NCBI GenBank assembly: GCA_038087875.1
Contig: CM075977.1
Span: forward strand, 240,932,001 to 240,996,000
Direction of reading: 5' to 3'
Source of the DNA: Malacoraja senta
Taxonomy: Eukaryota
Length of the DNA stretch: 64,000 bases
Shown here one piece after another: positions 61,438 through 64,000 of the stretch. Numbering within the stretch: position 1 is the first letter of the stretch; each line of letters opens with the position of its first letter. The notes under the pieces were generated by a model. It searched no databases, had not been told where the DNA came from, and saw nothing but the letters and a program-made list of their open reading frames with translations. The position numbers were made by a program, and so were the translations under genes.

Positions 61438-63658
61438 CAGGGTTCTCGCTTAACTTTTTTTCCCTGTTGCCAGCTTGGCAACCTTGGCAGCTTTTTAGGT
61501 TGCCAAATGACAGTTTAGGTGGTCATTTAAGATGGCTTGCATGATGCGTGCGATAATGTGCTCGGACGAAGTGCATAGTTACCATTCGGAATTATACTCA
61601 ATGAAGCATTCACATATTATTTCTGCTTCAAATAAAGTCACAAACTAAACATATTCACCAATCAAGACATGATATATCCCACAATGACATGCAGCAAAAT
61701 TATAAAACAGTATCTCAACTCTTTTTACACATTGCAATGAATGCAATTTCTATTAGTTCTTTCCACTTCCAAACAAAAATGTGGTTGGATTATTCAGCGT
61801 ATGATCAACCTGTGTCAATAAATCCTGGACCATGGTAACATATATGCGTACGTATAGTTGTGAATGTTGCTCATTAAATAACTACAGTACTGATACTCCA
61901 TATTAAGAGCATTGATTTGCCGTTAAAATGAATTCTGTACTAACGTGTCAACGGCAGCAGTGACAATCGAACACTGTGGTTTTAATGTTTCACGTGTTCA
62001 CAATTTAATTAATCCATCTTTATGGATTAAAACAAATAATAACATTGGGAATTAAAACACATTTGATTGCATTCCTTTATCAAACATAATCAATGTTCGC
62101 TCTGAAGACATTTCCAGCACAATAGGGTCAGGGAGGTGGGGTGTGTGTGAATCAGTGCGGGGTGGATAGATGGCGGGGGTGGGGGGTTAGAAGGCAGTCG
62201 GTGCAGAATGGATGGATTGAGGCAGGTGAATTAGTACGTGTTGGTTGGAATTGGTAAAATTGTGAGGGGAGAGCACCGGGGATGTCAGTGGTGTTGAATG
62301 GGGGGGTTCAGTACGGGATGGATGGGGGTAGACAAAAGTGCTGGAGAAACTCGGGCAACGTTTTGGGTCGAGACCCTTCTTCAGACTGTTCCCCCCATTC
62401 TTCTTGAATGGGAGGGTCAGTACATGATGAATGGGGGGGAGATCAGCGCAGGATGAATGGGGTGGGGTCAGTACAGTGTGGATCGGAGGGTCTGTGCAGG
62501 ATGAATGGGGGATCACTACAGGATGAATGAGGGGAAGGGGGGAAGGTGCAGGGTAAATGGAGGGTGGGTCAGTACGGGATGAATGCGTGGATTAGTACAG
62601 GATGGATGGGGGATCAGTACAGGATGGATGGAGGAGAAGTGCAGGATGGATGGGAAATGGGTAAGTACAGGTTGAATTGGGGAACCAGTGTAGGATGGAC
62701 GAGGAGGGGGGGGGGTGGCAGGAGAATCAATGCGAGGTGGATAGGGTGATCAGCGCAGGATGAATAGATGGGGGGGGTAGATGTGGAGGGGAGCACAGGG
62801 GATGTCAGTGAGGACTAAATAGAGGCGGGAATGGGGATCAGTGCGGGTCGAGAGGAGGGATCCCAGGATAAGTGGGTGGGGGGGGCGTACAAGAGAGAGA
62901 GAGAGAGAGGGAGAGGGGGGCGAGGTGGGGAGAAAGGAAGGTCAGCACTCCTCGGACAACATCGCCCCGCTGCCTTGGCCGTTGGGAACTCCTCGCCACC
63001 GCCTCCCCTCCTCCGCAAGCCAACAGCAAGGTGCGGGGCCGGGCGGTGCAGCTCAGAGATCCTATAGCTTTCAGATCTTTGGTGCAGATGCTTCAGATGA
63101 GTCGGAGCGAATGACGGGCCCCGCACAGCGGCCGCGACAGCGGCTCCATCTCCTCCTCCTCCCGCACCCCGCCCGCCCTGATAAGGGCCTCTGCTTGTAA
63201 ATCCGGTAATGGCGCAAAACAAACCCTCCCGCACTCCGAGGCCGGGAGGAGGGAGGGAGGGGGAGGCCTCGGAGAGCGGGAGGGTTTGTTTCGAAAGCCC
63301 GTTAGCGGATTTACAAGCAGAAGCCCTTATCAGGGCGGGCGGGGGGCGGGAGGAGGAGGAGATGGAGCCGCTGATCACGGCCGCTGCTGCATCTGTTCCG
63401 GGCCCGTCATTCGCTCCGACCCTTCATCACCCCGTATAGTATCTTTGCCCCGCACAGCCGCCGCCGACACGAAACATCACGTTCCTTTTCTCCAGAGATG
63501 CTGCCTGACCCGCGGAGTTACTCCATTTTTTTTGTGTCTATCTTCGGTACAAACCAGTATCTGGTTGCCAAGCCGGGCAAAATGACTCGGTGTTTAGGTT
63601 GCCCGGCGGCGCTTTGAGTGGTCAGTGGCACCCGGGCAACCGCTAATTTCGAGCCCTG
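61438..63658. mobile_element. Non-autonomous hAT-like DNA transposon (CAGGG termini, 5-bp TSD; hAT5-like), 2221 bp
   Basis: Left CAGGGTTCTCGCTTA and right reverse complement CAGGGCTCGAAATTA. Subterminal GTTGCC/GGCAAC repeats at both ends. CATAT at 61433-61437 and 63659-63663. No transposase ORF. Confidence 0.8.
63101..63420. repeat. Long GC-rich inverted repeat (about 145-155 bp arms, 21-nt loop)
   Basis: GTCGGAGCGAATGACGGGCCC...CTCCGAGGCC pairs with GGCCTCGGAG...GGGCCCGTCATTCGCTCCGAC. Confidence 0.92.
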
Positions 63659-64000
63659 CATATACTCCGTCCCTGCCTATTCATGTGCCTATCTAAAGCC
63701 TCTTAAATGCCACTAAGTATCTGCTTCAACCACCACCCCTGGCTGGCAGTGTGTTTCAGGTGCCTACCACAGAGTTAAAAAAAAAAAAAACACACATCTC
63801 CTTGAACCGTTTCCCCTCACATTTAAAGCTATGTAGTCTAGTATTTGACATTTCCACTCTGGGGATCCGGTTCTGATTGTCTACTCTATCATTGCCTCTC
63901 ATAATTTTATATAATTTGAGCAGGTCTCCCCTCAGCTTCAACGCAAGAGAAATCAATCCAAGTTTGTCTAACCTCTAAGATAGACACAAAATGCTGGAGT

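Larger units (their letters stand above)
60925..63975 (-). mobile_element. CR1 3' fragment split by Penelope and hAT-like insertions (pieces 60925-60946, 61353-61437, 63659-63975)
   Basis: The pieces rejoin into a contiguous CR1 3' end like 15250-15690. ORF 63756-63956 reads LRGDLLKLYKIMRG...SNTRLHSFK. Confidence 0.8.

Noticed and set aside
62815-63585. Overlapping GC-rich ORFs as a novel protein
   Set aside because: They are by-products of the GC-rich inverted repeat and low complexity, with no domain signature.

Overview
Vertebrate genomic DNA, most likely a cartilaginous fish (skate/ray/shark). This is inferred from the repeat complement (HE1-like V-SINEs, abundant CR1, Rex1 and Penelope-like elements) and about 40% GC. 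The window holds one protein-coding gene, protocadherin-10 (PCDH10, delta-2 protocadherin), on the + strand: exon 1 CDS 31866-34346, exon 2 35172-35230, exon 3 35347-35453 and exon 4 54240-54539. The short terminal exon was not found and probably lies beyond the window. A CpG-island promoter lies at about 29.9-31.9 kb. The rest is intergenic or intronic DNA layered with mobile elements: CR1, Rex1/Babar, V-SINEs, a DeuSINE relic, an internally deleted RTE with a 14-bp TSD, a TIR element, a 2.2-kb CAGGG-ended hAT-like element with a 5-bp TSD and a 320-nt internal hairpin, and a 795-bp solo LTR with a 4-bp TSD. The most striking pattern is more than 15 Penelope-like element fragments that carry a minimal type-I hammerhead ribozyme (CUGAAGA-A-GGGUCUCGACCC-GAAACGUC) or its 3' tail. 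Four of them are fold-back palindromes centred on the ribozyme, and one TSD-bounded insertion has an internal inversion. A GC-rich island in PCDH10 intron 3 (46.26-46.65 kb) has two strong splice acceptors, each giving a 31-aa truncating C-terminus, and is a candidate unannotated poison or alternative exon pair. All calls were made by eye without database searches.
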